A DNA stretch of 64,000 nucleotides from Octopus sinensis (Eukaryota). The notes beneath the pieces are model-generated. The model saw nothing but the letters and a program-made list of their open reading frames with translations, had not been told where the DNA came from and did no database searches. Shown piece after piece: positions 50,843-62,939 of this stretch (its first letter is position 1; the number at the start of each line of letters is the position of its first letter). The stretch lies in the NCBI RefSeq assembly GCF_006345805.1, contig NC_043006.1:27590001-27654000 (forward strand), in the 5' to 3' direction. The translations under genes were made by a program, and so were the position numbers.

Positions 50843-51212
50843 GCGGCCATGCTGGAGCACCGCCTTTAGTCGAGCAAATCGACCCCAGGACTTATTCTTT
50901 GTAAGCCCAGTACTTAGTCTATCGGTCTTTTTTGCCGAACCGCTAAGTCACGGGGACATAAACACACCAGCATCGGTTGTCAAGCGATGTTGGGAAGACA
51001 AACACAGATACACAAACATACATATATATATATATATATGTATACATATATACGACAGGCTTCTTTCAGTTTCTGTCTACCAAATCCACTCACAAGGCTT
51101 TGGTCGGCCCGAGGCTATAGTAGAAGACACTTGCCCAAGGTGCCACATAGTGGGACTGAACCCAGAACCATGTGATTGGTAAGCAAGCTACTTACCACAC
51201 AGCCACTCCTAC
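50843..51212 (-). mobile_element. CORE-like tRNA SINE fused at its 3' end to the CR1 fragment
   Basis: Near match to the SINE at 4625-5108 but stopping at ...CAGCATGGCCGC. Confidence 0.9.
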
Positions 51213-51243
51213 ATATATATACACACACATATATGTATATATG

Positions 51244-51275
<32 letters not shown>

Positions 51276-51283
51276 CATATATA

Positions 51284-51314
<31 letters not shown>

Positions 51315-51378
51315 AATACATATATATATATTATATATACATTATATATATATATATATACATATGTATGTATATATA

Positions 51379-51410
<32 letters not shown>

Positions 51411-51423
51411 ATGAATATATATA

Positions 51424-51473
<50 letters not shown>

Positions 51474-51502
51474 TATATATGTATGTATATATAATATATA
51501 TA

Positions 51503-51539
<37 letters not shown>

Positions 51540-51560
51540 AAGAGAGAGAGAAAGAGAGAG
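51213..51560. repeat. Long (AT)n microsatellite followed by (AG)n
   Basis: Direct inspection; similar tracts at 4787-4890, 10135-10222, 34400-34470, 46380-46530 and 56750-56860. Confidence 0.95.
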
Positions 51561-52641
51561 AAAAAGGAAGTGGGGTAAATCTGTGAAACACGCAAGATAC
51601 TTTAATAATATTCATTGAAAACCATTAACACTAGAAAAGAATTTTAGCTCCAAATAATGCTCAGCAAATAGAAGGTGTGAGTAAATCAAAGTTTCATTGC
51701 AAAAATGAGAAACAGGGCTAGAATGATCAACCTTTCTGTAATTAATGGCTGATTTGTTCTAACAACCTCTGAGCAAGGAATATTCATCTCTGTTTCAATT
51801 GCTCATGAGAAGAGTTCAGTTGAATTGTAGAAATGAATTAGATGCTAGTTACACTAACAAAAACTCAAAGAATATATAGTACTTCTATTAAGTACTGGAG
51901 TGAACTTTGTCTCTCTAAAGTATCTGATTATATAAATGACTGGACTATTGGTTATTAAGTTCAGGCCAGGTATACAAATCATTCTGCCTTTCCAACAGGC
52001 TAGTTATAGCTCTCTTCTCAATAGTAGTTTATTGTTTTAATTCTTTTAACAGTTTTAGCTTTTCGACATCATTTTGAAAGATATAATCAATTATATGGAC
52101 ATGAGTACTTGACTTTTACTTTATTTTATTGAAAGGTGAAAGGCAAAGTCAACCTGGGTAGGATTTGAACCCAGTATACTAAGAAATATAACCAAATAAT
52201 CCAAACTATTTTTGTCCTACAGTTTACCAATTCTGCAAATCCACTGCTCTTAAAATGTGAAACCCAAATGATATAATAACAGCTGCTATACAGAGAAGAA
52301 AAGGTCAAATAAAAGTCTACAATATCATATAAATGTCATTCCATAATAAACTGAAATGTTTATTTGCAGACTTATGGTAGGGCAGAATGTAATGGAGAAA
52401 AAAAGAATGAAATGAGAAATTCTGATCATTGTCGATAACATTATGAAAAAACTACATATCACAGGTCAAAGACTAAACCAATAACAATAATAAGACTAAT
52501 ACAAAAAAACAACAACACAAATAAGAGCATGCCACAGTGTGAGGATTGCAGCCCAGTTAGAGGAGCAGGTGGTGGTGGAAGAAGAAGAAGAACTGGTAAA
52601 AGTTGTCAGACAGTTGTAGTAGTAGTAGTAGTAGTAGACAC

Positions 52642-52845
52642 CTTCATTTCACTTTCATCACCAAAAGACTGGGACTGAGTTACATCAAAGTGTATAACCT
52701 CCGCTTGCTCCTCCTCCTGCAGCTGCTGCTGTTGTTGAAGGTGTGGCGGAGGTGGTGGTGACTGCATCATCCCTGTGGAAGAGTTGTCAGGATGGTGGGG
52801 GCTACCATTTTGCTGCAGTAGTCTATTGCTACTTTGAGGGGTCTG
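52642..52845 (-). CDS. ATP6V0A1: Candidate alternative V-ATPase a loop exon, Gln/Pro-rich (QTPQSSNR...PPPPPHLQQQQQLQEEEQAEVIHFD...ESEMK)
   Basis: Polypyrimidine tract with TGCAG|CAG| tandem acceptor, AAG|GTGTCT donor, 204 nt, phase 0/0; EQAEVIHFD resembles a1 EDAEIIQHD. Confidence 0.65.
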
Positions 52846-53448
52846 CTGCAAGAGGGCAAGAAACATTGTTAATTAAAGCAAAAAAAGATATTAAAATAGA
52901 TTCGCCAGGCACAGCATTAGCAACTAAAGCTGCTAGTTTTCATATTGAGAGTGAGTAATTTTGTTGATATGCAAAATGAATTTTGCATAGCTACCTACAA
53001 ATAAGAAATCATATGGTTTGCTTCTGTTTTCTTCACGTATAGGAACTGCAATTTTAATACTTATTTAAGAATTTTACAAATAACTTTCCATAAATTTAGA
53101 GGTAATTCGTAGGAGGAAATTTCTGGAACATAAAATCAAAACAATAAAGAACTACAAAATCAGTATCAATTTTCAATGATACAGTTCTGTATTTGAGAGA
53201 TGAGGAATTATGTACATTATTTACATTTGACAGTGTGTTAACAACAAACAAGATGAGTACAAATAGCCGTCAAATGTAAATAATGTAAATTTTCAATGAA
53301 TTCAAAAGAAAACAAAAAAGAGAAAACATAATACGAAACAAAGCTAAGATTTTAAAACTAATATGTCTGGAGTAAATATCAATAAAATGTATTCTGAAAA
53401 GTAGAAAGTATTGCTATTTTCAAGAATTCATGAACATATATACATATA

Positions 53449-54288
53449 TGTGGTCTAATCAATAAGTATATGGACTGTTGCCACAGTAATGAAGTTAAAA
53501 CACACAGAGTGAAGCCACTTGGCACAGATTGACCTTGATCGCTGCTGGGCATGTGCACTAAGTTTTAACATTCTAGCTCACTTCTGCTGTTTACAGCAGT
53601 GCTTGGAACAAAGGTGTGTTGCATGTGATTGTTGCATTGACCATGACACAGGAAGTTGAGCAGAGAATCGGCATCAAATATGCCAAAAGCTTGGCAATAC
53701 CTGTTCAGAGGTCTACGCAAAGTTTTCAAAACGCTTTCATCATTCTCGACACATTCAAGAAGATCTTGTTCAACTGAAACCCAAATATCTTTTTAGTCAG
53801 CTGAAAGCAGTTTTGGCACCAACTTGGCACACATCTCATACCCAAATCTTCAGCGATAATGGACTGAACTGAACTGTAACTAATCTGCACATCCTCTGAT
53901 AATTCATGGATGGTGACTCAATAATTTCCCCTCAAAGCTGCACATACATCTATGATGTTTTCTCAGTTCTACTAGTTGTGGATCTCCCAGAATGTTTGTC
54001 AATATCAGCATTTTCCGGTCATCTTAGAAACGTTTGAACCACTCGTACACTTGTGTATGACTCATACACTCCTCTGCATACACTTTCTAAAACTTTGCAT
54101 AGGCCTACAACTTTCTTTCTCATGGTGAATGCGACAATCACACACTACACACCTTCCTTCCAAGCACTGCTGTAAACAGCAGAAGTGCACAGCAGAATTC
54201 AAAGTCAACCTTTGTCAAGCGGCTTCACTCTGCATGCATTAGCTTTGTTACTATGGCAACAGTCCAGATACTTATTGATCAGACCTTG
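53449..54288. mobile_element. mariner-derived fold-back element made of two inverted 5' ends
   Basis: TA flanks; ~200-bp inverted arms (ggtctaatcaataagta / tacttattgatcagacc); both arms include the ORF start (MTQEVEQRIGIK on plus; ECMSHTQVYEWFKRF on minus). Confidence 0.8.
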
Positions 54289-54699
54289 TATATTTAGAAA
54301 TACACACACACACACACACACACATGCAGATAAACATATTGCACACATAAATGTAATGAAGTGGAATGAGTTTCATGCATGGCACTTATCAAACTAACTT
54401 TAATAATCAAGTTTTTTCATTATTTAGTAAAAATTAAATTTTTCTGGAATGTTCAAAAATTATTATTGGAGGGTCACATGATATTCAATAAATTTTAGAA
54501 TCTGCCTTTAAACAAAAAGTGAGGGTAAGAGAAAACTAGAATAAAATATAATCATACATATAATGTGCACACATACACAGTACGAATACATGAAACTGAA
54601 GTAGTACTTAAATCTGAACAATACATACTAGCCAACCCTGATCATAAGATGTTCTGAAAATGTGTGTATTTGAAAGAGAAACCTCACCTTCCAGTCAGC

Positions 54700-56250
54700 C
54701 CTCTCCACAATCCCCACCATAGGTCACATTACTGATGACCCTGAAGAATGCATAGAACTTATTAACAAATGGCTGGCATTTTTCTAGTTGAAAATCTGAA
54801 TGTACCATCTTCACTTCTGCTGATACCAAATTCCATAACCCCTATTGAAGTTATTCCTGCAATGCTGTGATGACACCTCAAACATATGCACAACTGTGCT
54901 TCCTTTAGTCTTGATGATGTTACTGTTTCTCAAATGTGATGGCCTTTTGTATTGCACCAATTCTCTAATCTGTCTTCTAATTCTTTGTTACCCCAGAACA
55001 GTGAAAAATTGCCAGCATCAATCCCCAGTCCAAAAAGGGTAACTGCACATCACCTGTCAATAATCATCCAGTCTCACTTGCTGTATTGTCATATTAGAGC
55101 CCTGTGTCAGGAAGACACCCTGGAACTATCATAACCTTATTCAATCATTAAATTTGGATTTACCCACTAACTCGAGCCAACTCATCAAATTTCTTGAAGG
55201 CATCACTTGAATCACAGATGATGATTAATAGATGGATGTTATTTATTTTGACTTTGCCAGAGCCTTTAATGCTGTTTCACATGAACAACTTATGGTGGAA
55301 CTCTCTGTAGTGGGCAATGAAGACTAATCTTTATAACTGGTTGAAGTCTTTCGTTCTCGATTAAAAAGAAGTAGCCATAGTATTAGGACAACATTCCGCA
55401 CCCTATGTATTGACATCTGGAGTCCCATGGGGATCTATTCTTGGTCTTCTGTTGTCTTTTGCTTATTAATAAAATATCAATCCAAAACATGTTAGTGTGT
55501 TGAAATATGTAGACAACATTAATCTGTACCTCAAAATAAAAAGAACAGATACTATATGCTACTGATCTTTGCTGTGATCTGACTTGGATACAATGCAGCA
55601 ATGGGTTACTAACTGCCAACACCACCTAGCTATAGACAAACGCACCATTATACATTCTGGAAGTGAAAACTCAGAATTTATCAACTCCCTCCACAACATC
55701 AGCCATAAGAAGTCTGCCAATGAAGGTGACATAGGCATTATTCTTAGCAATAATCTGCACTGGATGAACCACATTTCAAAAATTGTCAAAAATGCTGCAG
55801 GTATTTTAGCATCAGTTAGTAAGACCTTGCCATCTGTTCACCAGTTATCTATTTAAAGCTATATATGGCTATGCTACATGAACACAAAAGTTTGCATTTC
55901 TACTCTCATACCCCAAGAATATTTATCTACCAAAGATGTGCCGCAAGGCATACATCAACTGCTTTTCACTTACTATATCTTTAACATATTGCTTCTCTGG
56001 GTATCGACACACTTTAAGTTTCAACATCTAGCAAGTGACAACAATTTTGGCAGCCTCGTTGAATTCAATACCTCTAATATCTAAGGTTACTTATAGAATC
56101 AAAAACAGTGCAGCAGCCAGCATTTTCAGAAACATTTTTTCATGCCCAGAATTGTCAAAGTATGGAATAAACAACCCATGTCAATTGTTAGCTGTCAGGG
56201 CACTGTATCGTTAAATAATTCCATGTTTCCTGAAATTTAACAATACTACT
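54700..56250 (+). mobile_element. Old decayed CR1-clade LINE RT region
   Basis: DVIYFDFARAFNAVSH, SGVPWGSILG, KYVD and DIGIILSNNLHW remnants. Confidence 0.75.
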
Positions 56251-56505
56251 CCTGACATTACATGGCACCCTTTCCTCTTGATGACTCTTTTACAGTTCAC
56301 ATTTCTGCCTTTCTATGTTTTAGTCTGTGTACTGAGCAAGTATTTCTAACCTTCACTGCTGTCTTTACTTGATTTATACAACTGTTTACTATCCCCTCTT
56401 CAACTCTTTTCCAACCAGTTGTAGTGCACATGAGCACTGTGTACAATAAGCTCATCATCATTATGATTTTCATATAACATATATATATATATACACGTGT
56501 GTGCG

Positions 56506-56537
<32 letters not shown>

Positions 56538-56751
56538 ATACACACACACACACATATAAATTAAATTAGAGATAAAACCACTATTAGGCAAATCAAACAG
56601 TGAAAAACATAAACCAAAACATAAAAATAAATATAATTAATATAATATAGAAAATATAAAATTTTAATTTTAAATTATATTTATAAATTTTTATATTTTT
56701 TAAATTTTAAATTATATTTTTAAACCTTTAATTTTTTAATTTTTTTAAACT

Positions 56752-56815
<64 letters not shown>

Positions 56816-57088
56816 ACACACACACACATATACATATATATATATATATATTCACACACACTCATATACACACAACACATGCATATGTACATAAGCATAT
56901 ACATGGATAAAAGTATATAGTTATACACACATGTAGCTATATATATATATATTTTTACATACATACATACATATACACAGGTTTATATACAGATATATAA
57001 AAATATATATGGAGTATATAATTTATTTTCTTATAGTTACATCCCACTTATACTTTAAGGTGCATGTATATGTAAACAGGTGTACATA

Positions 57089-57600
57089 CCGTAAATCCTC
57101 GAGTATAGTCCGCCCTTGAGTATAATACGCAGGGGATTTTTAGGGAGCTGTACCTCTGAAAAACCTAAACCTTGTGTATAATATGCACCCCTTCTCTAAA
57201 TTGAGTCAAGGAGGTCTATATAACATCCTTGGTTTGTAAAATGTATATGGTAAACGTCCTTTATTATTATTGTACATATAACATAATACAAACATGTAGC
57301 TTTTTTGTGCATTTTGTTTGCAGAAAATAAAGAAATAACAGTAATAACGTTTAAAAAATGTTGCTTACTGCAAGTCATGAATGATTCTTTTATGACTTCA
57401 TTGCTTTCAGGCTTAGCTTAAGGTATTTTTGCACCCGACATTACAAAATGCGTCTGAATAAACATTGCCGGACAGCAAATAGAGACTCAGACATTGCTTA
57501 GAAAATAATTTTCATTTTTAACCTCGTATAGAGTACACACTAAGGATTTTGACCTTTAAATTTGGGGGAAAAAATGTCGATTATACTCGAGGATTTACGG
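57089..57600. mobile_element. pogo/Tc2-like MITE
   Basis: TA|CCGTAAATCCTCGAGTATA ... TATACTCGAGGATTTACGG (19-bp perfect TIR). Confidence 0.8.
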
Positions 57601-57813
57601 CATATGTATATACATATGTGTGTATGTTATATGTGTGAGTGTATATATATATATATATATATTTGCATATGTATATATGATGGGACCGATGTCTACATGT
57701 ACATACTTGTTTGTATTGATTTCTATTTTCAAGCTTAAAAGTTTTTGTTTAACTATCATAAGACATAATACAAAAGGAAAAATAATTTACATTATAAAAG
57801 AACTAATGCTTAC

Positions 57814-57915
57814 CTGTTGTGCCATGTGCTTCTTTTTAAGCAGATAAGGTTTTACCAACAACATCCACGGCACGCAAAGAAAAGCTACCACCACTAAAAA
57901 TCCTTGGAAACCAGG
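57814..57915 (-). CDS. ATP6V0A1: V-ATPase a exon PGFQGFLVVVAFLCVPWMLLVKPYLLKKKHMAQQ (TM6)
   Basis: 102 nt, tactcag acceptor, GTAAGC donor; CVPWML.KP motif. Confidence 0.95.
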
Positions 57916-58018
57916 CTGAGTAAAAGAAAATTAGCAAACATTACATAAACATGTTGAATATAAAAGAATTAAATTAAATATAAAATTAAACTATTTTATA
58001 CAAATAAGATTTTTTTAA

Positions 58019-58728
58019 CCCTTTTGTTACAATATTTCTGTTGAAATATATTGCTCTTGCTTCAGTTGATTTTTGAAATAATGAAGAATTTAGTAAAATA
58101 ACACAGTGTAACAAAATTCTAATTTTTTTCATCTCTTTGGATAGTGAGTGTTATTTCCTATTTGCTTCTATCTGGAAATCAAAGGAAATAACTATTCCCT
58201 TTAAACTTTGCCTTTGCGACCTGGACGTCAATGTTTTGAAACTGACCTATTTTCCATTACATTTCAGACAGATTCAGTGATGGGTTGCTGAAGCAGAAAT
58301 ATTGTCATATCAAATATTCTGCTAAATACCAAAGATTTGCTTGTCAGTTGCTTGACCATAACCACTTGAGCATGTCCTTTAGTGGTTGACAACATGTGCA
58401 TCTCTGACCATGAGCAGGAGTAGTGGGGGGAGCATCAGAGCCATGTCTTGAAAGGGATCCTATGGAGTTTGAATAAATGTAACAAAAGCAAAGTTTGAAG
58501 GAAATATTAGCCATTTTTCATACTTTCTAGGGGTAAGCAAATAGGGAATAATAGTTGCTACCAAAGGACAAAAATCATGTTACACTGTAATCTTTTATTA
58601 CAAAACAGCTGTTTAGAATGAAAGTTAGCACAAATGTTTGATGGAAGGTTTTAATTTAGATCACTTTAAAGCAGGAAGTTTGCATCATAGAACCAGCGGT
58701 GGCCTCATGTGGGTTGGTATCAAAAGGG
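58019..58728. mobile_element. piggyBac-like MITE containing a nested TIR element (58104-58587)
   Basis: TTAA|CCCTTTTG ... CAAAAGGG|TTAA; inner cagtgtaaca ... tgttacactg with ~130-bp imperfect arms. Confidence 0.75.
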
Positions 58729-59139
58729 TTAAACTAATATAATTGTTTGTTTCCTTCACCAATGTCTGTTAAACTTGTAAAATGGTGTTGGAGTATTTAT
58801 ATAAAAATAATATTTTCTGCATCACTTCAATTTTCAATAATCTTTTCTCCACATAGATACACCTAATATAACAATGTATACTAGTGAGTTGGCAGAAACA
58901 ATTCCAATAATACTAGATTCATAATCTTCTTTCGAGCCTATCTGCAACAGCTAAAATAAGTTAATTCTTTTACGAAACAAAAAGGTTTATAAGGCTAGCA
59001 CTTGAAATTCATTTTACGTTCTGTTAAGTAGATGAGAATCAGTTGTGAAGTGTTACCTGTGATAAACTAAAGACTATGCCCTATGGCTAGGTGAAGGACT
59101 CAGTTACATACAACTGAGTAGCTGTTCTATATCTTTTAT

Positions 59140-59533
59140 TTGTTTCAGTTAATACACTGAAGCCATGCTGGAGCATGACCTTGAAGAATATTTAAACAAA
59201 TTAATTGACCCCAGTACTTTTTTTTTTTAAGCCTAGTACTTGATCAATTTCTTTTGCCAAACCACTAAGTTACAGGAATGTAACCACACTAACACTGGTT
59301 GCCAAATAGTGGTGGGGGACAAACACAAACACAGACATAGACACACACACACATACATATATATATATAAGATGGGCATCTTTCAGATTCTGTCTCTCAA
59401 ATCTACTCACAAGGCTTTAGTTGGCTCAAGGTTATAGCAGAAGACACCTGTCCAAAGTGCCATACAGTGGGACTGAACTCAGAACCACGTGGTTGGAAAG
59501 CAAGCTTCTTACCACACAGCTACACCTGCGCCT
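59140..59533 (-). mobile_element. CORE-like tRNA SINE (older copy)
   Basis: Matches 4625-5108 in reverse from tail to head. Confidence 0.8.
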
Positions 59534-59696
59534 GTTAAGAGATATATTTCAGTAAAACATAGACAACAAAACACACATATCTTCCACAAACCGGAAGCCC
59601 AACACTTCATCTACTCAGCTATTTTACTTCATGAATGATGAGGATTTAAACTTGAATCAAATAGTTTTAAATAGTTTGCATTTATGATATACATAC

Positions 59697-59767
59697 CTGA
59701 CCAGAGTAAAATGGTTTCTCATATGAAGGACTATTGGGATATTTAAAAAGGAACATATTAATTAAAC
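59697..59767 (-). CDS. ATP6V0A1: V-ATPase a exon (G)LINMFLFKYPNSPSYEKPFYSGQ
   Basis: 71 nt, AG/GT boundaries, phases 1/0. Confidence 0.95.
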
Positions 59768-60952
59768 CTAAAATAAAAAATAAATAAATAAAATTAATCA
59801 AGATATTACAAAGAAGATTACATACTGAAATATGTTTCTTTATCTCTATAACTATCAATAAGTCCATTATGTGCTTCTATTGCAACTAAAAAAGAAATAA
59901 AATTTCTATGCATAAGTTTTCTTTAAACTTGAGTAAAGTAAATTGCATTAAGAATGCAATATTCTAAAAAATCCAAAGTTTCTTTCTTCCTCTCCCTATT
60001 CATTATGTCTTTCCCCTCAGTCTTACAACCTACTCAACCATATGTTATCTCTTACTTTTTCCTTTCTCTCATCCTACCTCTTTCTTCTGTCTACTGTGTC
60101 ATTATTATCATTTACTATTCAGCTACTCTTCACTCTCTCCCCACCGCATTTTCTACACTGTCAGTCAGCTCCTCTCCCCTACTTCATCTCCAATTCATGC
60201 ATCATTGGTCACCCATCGCCTTCTTCACAACCCTACCCCATTTCTGCAGTTATCACCCTCTCTTCCCTACTTATCATCCCTCAACATTTGTTCTTTATAA
60301 TATTCCTCCTCTCACTCAACCCCAATCTCTAACCATCTCACACTCTCCCATGCACACCTGCAACCTTAACCCATGCACACATCCTGTTCTTCTGTTCCTA
60401 TTAATTTCCACTTACCTTGTATTTTGAGGGCCCACCCTGACACCTCATCACCACTATATTTAACTCTTTTTAGCTCCAGCTTGGCCACTCCCACCCTCTC
60501 TTCTGTAATATGAATAACTGTGTAGCTCCTCTACAGCAAGAAACCTATTTTTTCTAAATTTTGCTCTGTCATTATAACCTGTCATCCCATAGCATAAAAG
60601 CATAACTTTCTATATTGTGGCCTAGTTTGTTTAAAGGGATTTTTGTCTTGCAAGATAACCTCACTAAGGATGATATCACAAAAAAACCTCCAAAAATCCT
60701 TATTACATGCTGTAAAGTGGTTGGTGCTAGGAAGGGTAGAGACCATGCCAAAGTAGATGTTGGTCTTCAGACACATAAGATCCTATCACACCATTTAACT
60801 CATGGCAGCATGGCAGCATGGAAACATAGGCTTTAAACAATGATTATACTGTGATGAACATTTTGTCTAATATGAAATGAAGATTAAAAACACTTATTTT
60901 ATAGTCCTCAGAAAGTAATAAAAACTGTTAGTATGTGTTCAAAGCTACTTAC

Positions 60953-61104
60953 CTATAAGTAAACTTGGTGCTGTACCGGCAGTTGTGTAATCAAAATTTA
61001 CCCACTTCACAAAAATTAAAATGACCAGATAACCAAACAAACAAGAGAGGAATATAATTTGAGGAATGAATTCACAGAATACATTCAATGGTTTCTGGAA
61101 ATAT
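60953..61104 (-). CDS. ATP6V0A1: V-ATPase a exon (R)YFQKPLNVFCEFIPQIIFLSCLFGYLVILIFVKW...APSLLI(G)
   Basis: 152 nt, ttgcag acceptor, GTAAGT donor. Confidence 0.95.
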
Positions 61105-61764
61105 CTGCAATAAAACAAAAAAGATTTTTTTACATTATGTTGGAGAAAATATACCCTACAACAATGTAAAGAGAGATGATTCATGGAAAAATTGAAATAT
61201 TAGAAATGTCTTCACATTAGAAAATTACTGTTTTTTAACCTCACAATGTGAGATATTCAGCAACAGTACTTTGTAGTAAACTTTGTTTGCCAACATAACA
61301 TGGCAGTCCTGGTTTAAAACTAATGTTGCTGTAATTTAGCCCCAGGAGACATCAGTCCTAAACCAGGACTGCCATGTTGTTGGCAAACACTCTTTACTAC
61401 AATGTTATAGAGAGTAATAACATATGAGTTTGATTTCAGATTGTGTTGAGTTAAGATAGAAGTGAAATACAAAACTGGGATGGGTATATGTATTTTACGT
61501 TATAAAAATAAAAAATATATTAATTTCTGCTTTTTTTTAAAATACTGATTTCTTAACAGTAGTACATATATTATCAGTAGTACTACAAGAAAAAATATTT
61601 AAAAAATAGTAGCACTGATGAAAACAAGTAGCAAAACAAATAAAAAAGAAAAAGAAAATCCAAATGATTGCTGTTATGGTGGGATTTGGCAGGGCCAGAC
61701 TATAGGGTGATTCTGAAAATAAGAATACATGCTTTGTAAGAATAAAAGCTATTACATATATTAC

Positions 61765-61883
61765 CTGTGGTTTGATAAACTCAGGAAAACACCAAACATC
61801 ATTTGAGACACACCAAGTATAATAGAAGTTTTCATCTTGAAAGAATTAGTGAAAGTGATTTTGTTCTGAGAGAACTGCCAAGC
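61765..61883 (-). CDS. ATP6V0A1: V-ATPase a exon [39 protein letters not shown](R)
   Basis: 119 nt, AG/GT boundaries; NSFKMK motif. Confidence 0.95.
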
Positions 61884-61924
61884 CTGAAATAACACAGTAT
61901 AAAGAAAATATAATAGTAATGTTT

Positions 61925-62795
61925 TCTAACAAAGGTGCAAAGGAGGGGGTTAATTAGTGTCATTGACCCAGTACTTGACTGATACTTTCTTTTATCAACC
62001 ATAAAGGGGTGAGTAGCAAAGTTGATCCCAATGGAATTTGAACTAAGATTGTAATGAAGGAATCAGAAGAAATACTGACAGGCCTTTTGGCAGATGCTCT
62101 GACAATTCTGCTAGCTTGCTGCCAATGACAACAATAATTCTTTCTGTTATAGGTACAAGGCCTGAAATTTTGGGGGAAGGGGTTAGTCTATAACATCAAC
62201 CTCAGTACATGACTGGTACTTATTTTATCAACCTCATAAGGATAAAAGGTGAAGTTGACCTTGACAGAATTTGAATCCAGAACATAAAGACAGACAAAAT
62301 GCTACTAAACATTTTGTACATGTTAATGATGCTGCCAGCCTGCCGCCTTATAATAATAATAATAATAGTAATAATCCTTTCTACTATAGGTACAAGGTCT
62401 GAAATTTTTGGGGAGGAGGCCATCAACCCCAGTATGCAACTGGTACTTAGTTTATCGACTCTGAAAGGATGAAAGACAAAGTCGACCGTAGCAGAATTTG
62501 AACTCAGAACATAGCAGCAGATGAAATACCACTAAGCATTCCATCTGCTCACCACCTTATAATAAAAATAATGATAATAATAATAATAATAGTTTCAAAT
62601 TTTAGCACAGGGCCAGCAGATTTTAAAGGAGAAGGGGAAGTTGAGTACATCAAACAAAGTACTTGACTGGTATTATTTTATTGACCCCAAAAGGATAGGA
62701 GGCAAAGCTGTCCTTGGCAAAATTCAAACTCAGGACATATAGACAGATGAAATGACACTAAGCATTTTGGCTGGTGTCCTAACAATTCTGCCAGT
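61925..62795 (-). mobile_element. Four head-to-tail MetaSINE-like SINEs
   Basis: Copies at about 61925-62120, 62138-62347, 62375-62558 and 62590-62795, separated by (AAT)n. Confidence 0.8.
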
Positions 62796-62939
62796 ACGAA
62801 AATGACGTTTGATGATGATGATGATGATTAAGCTGGCACCTGGAACATAAATTAACATGAGATTATGAAGGAAGGTTTTAAATTAGATCACTTTAAAAGA
62901 AGAAGTTTGAATCAAGGACTGTCTCAGATGAGTTTATAC

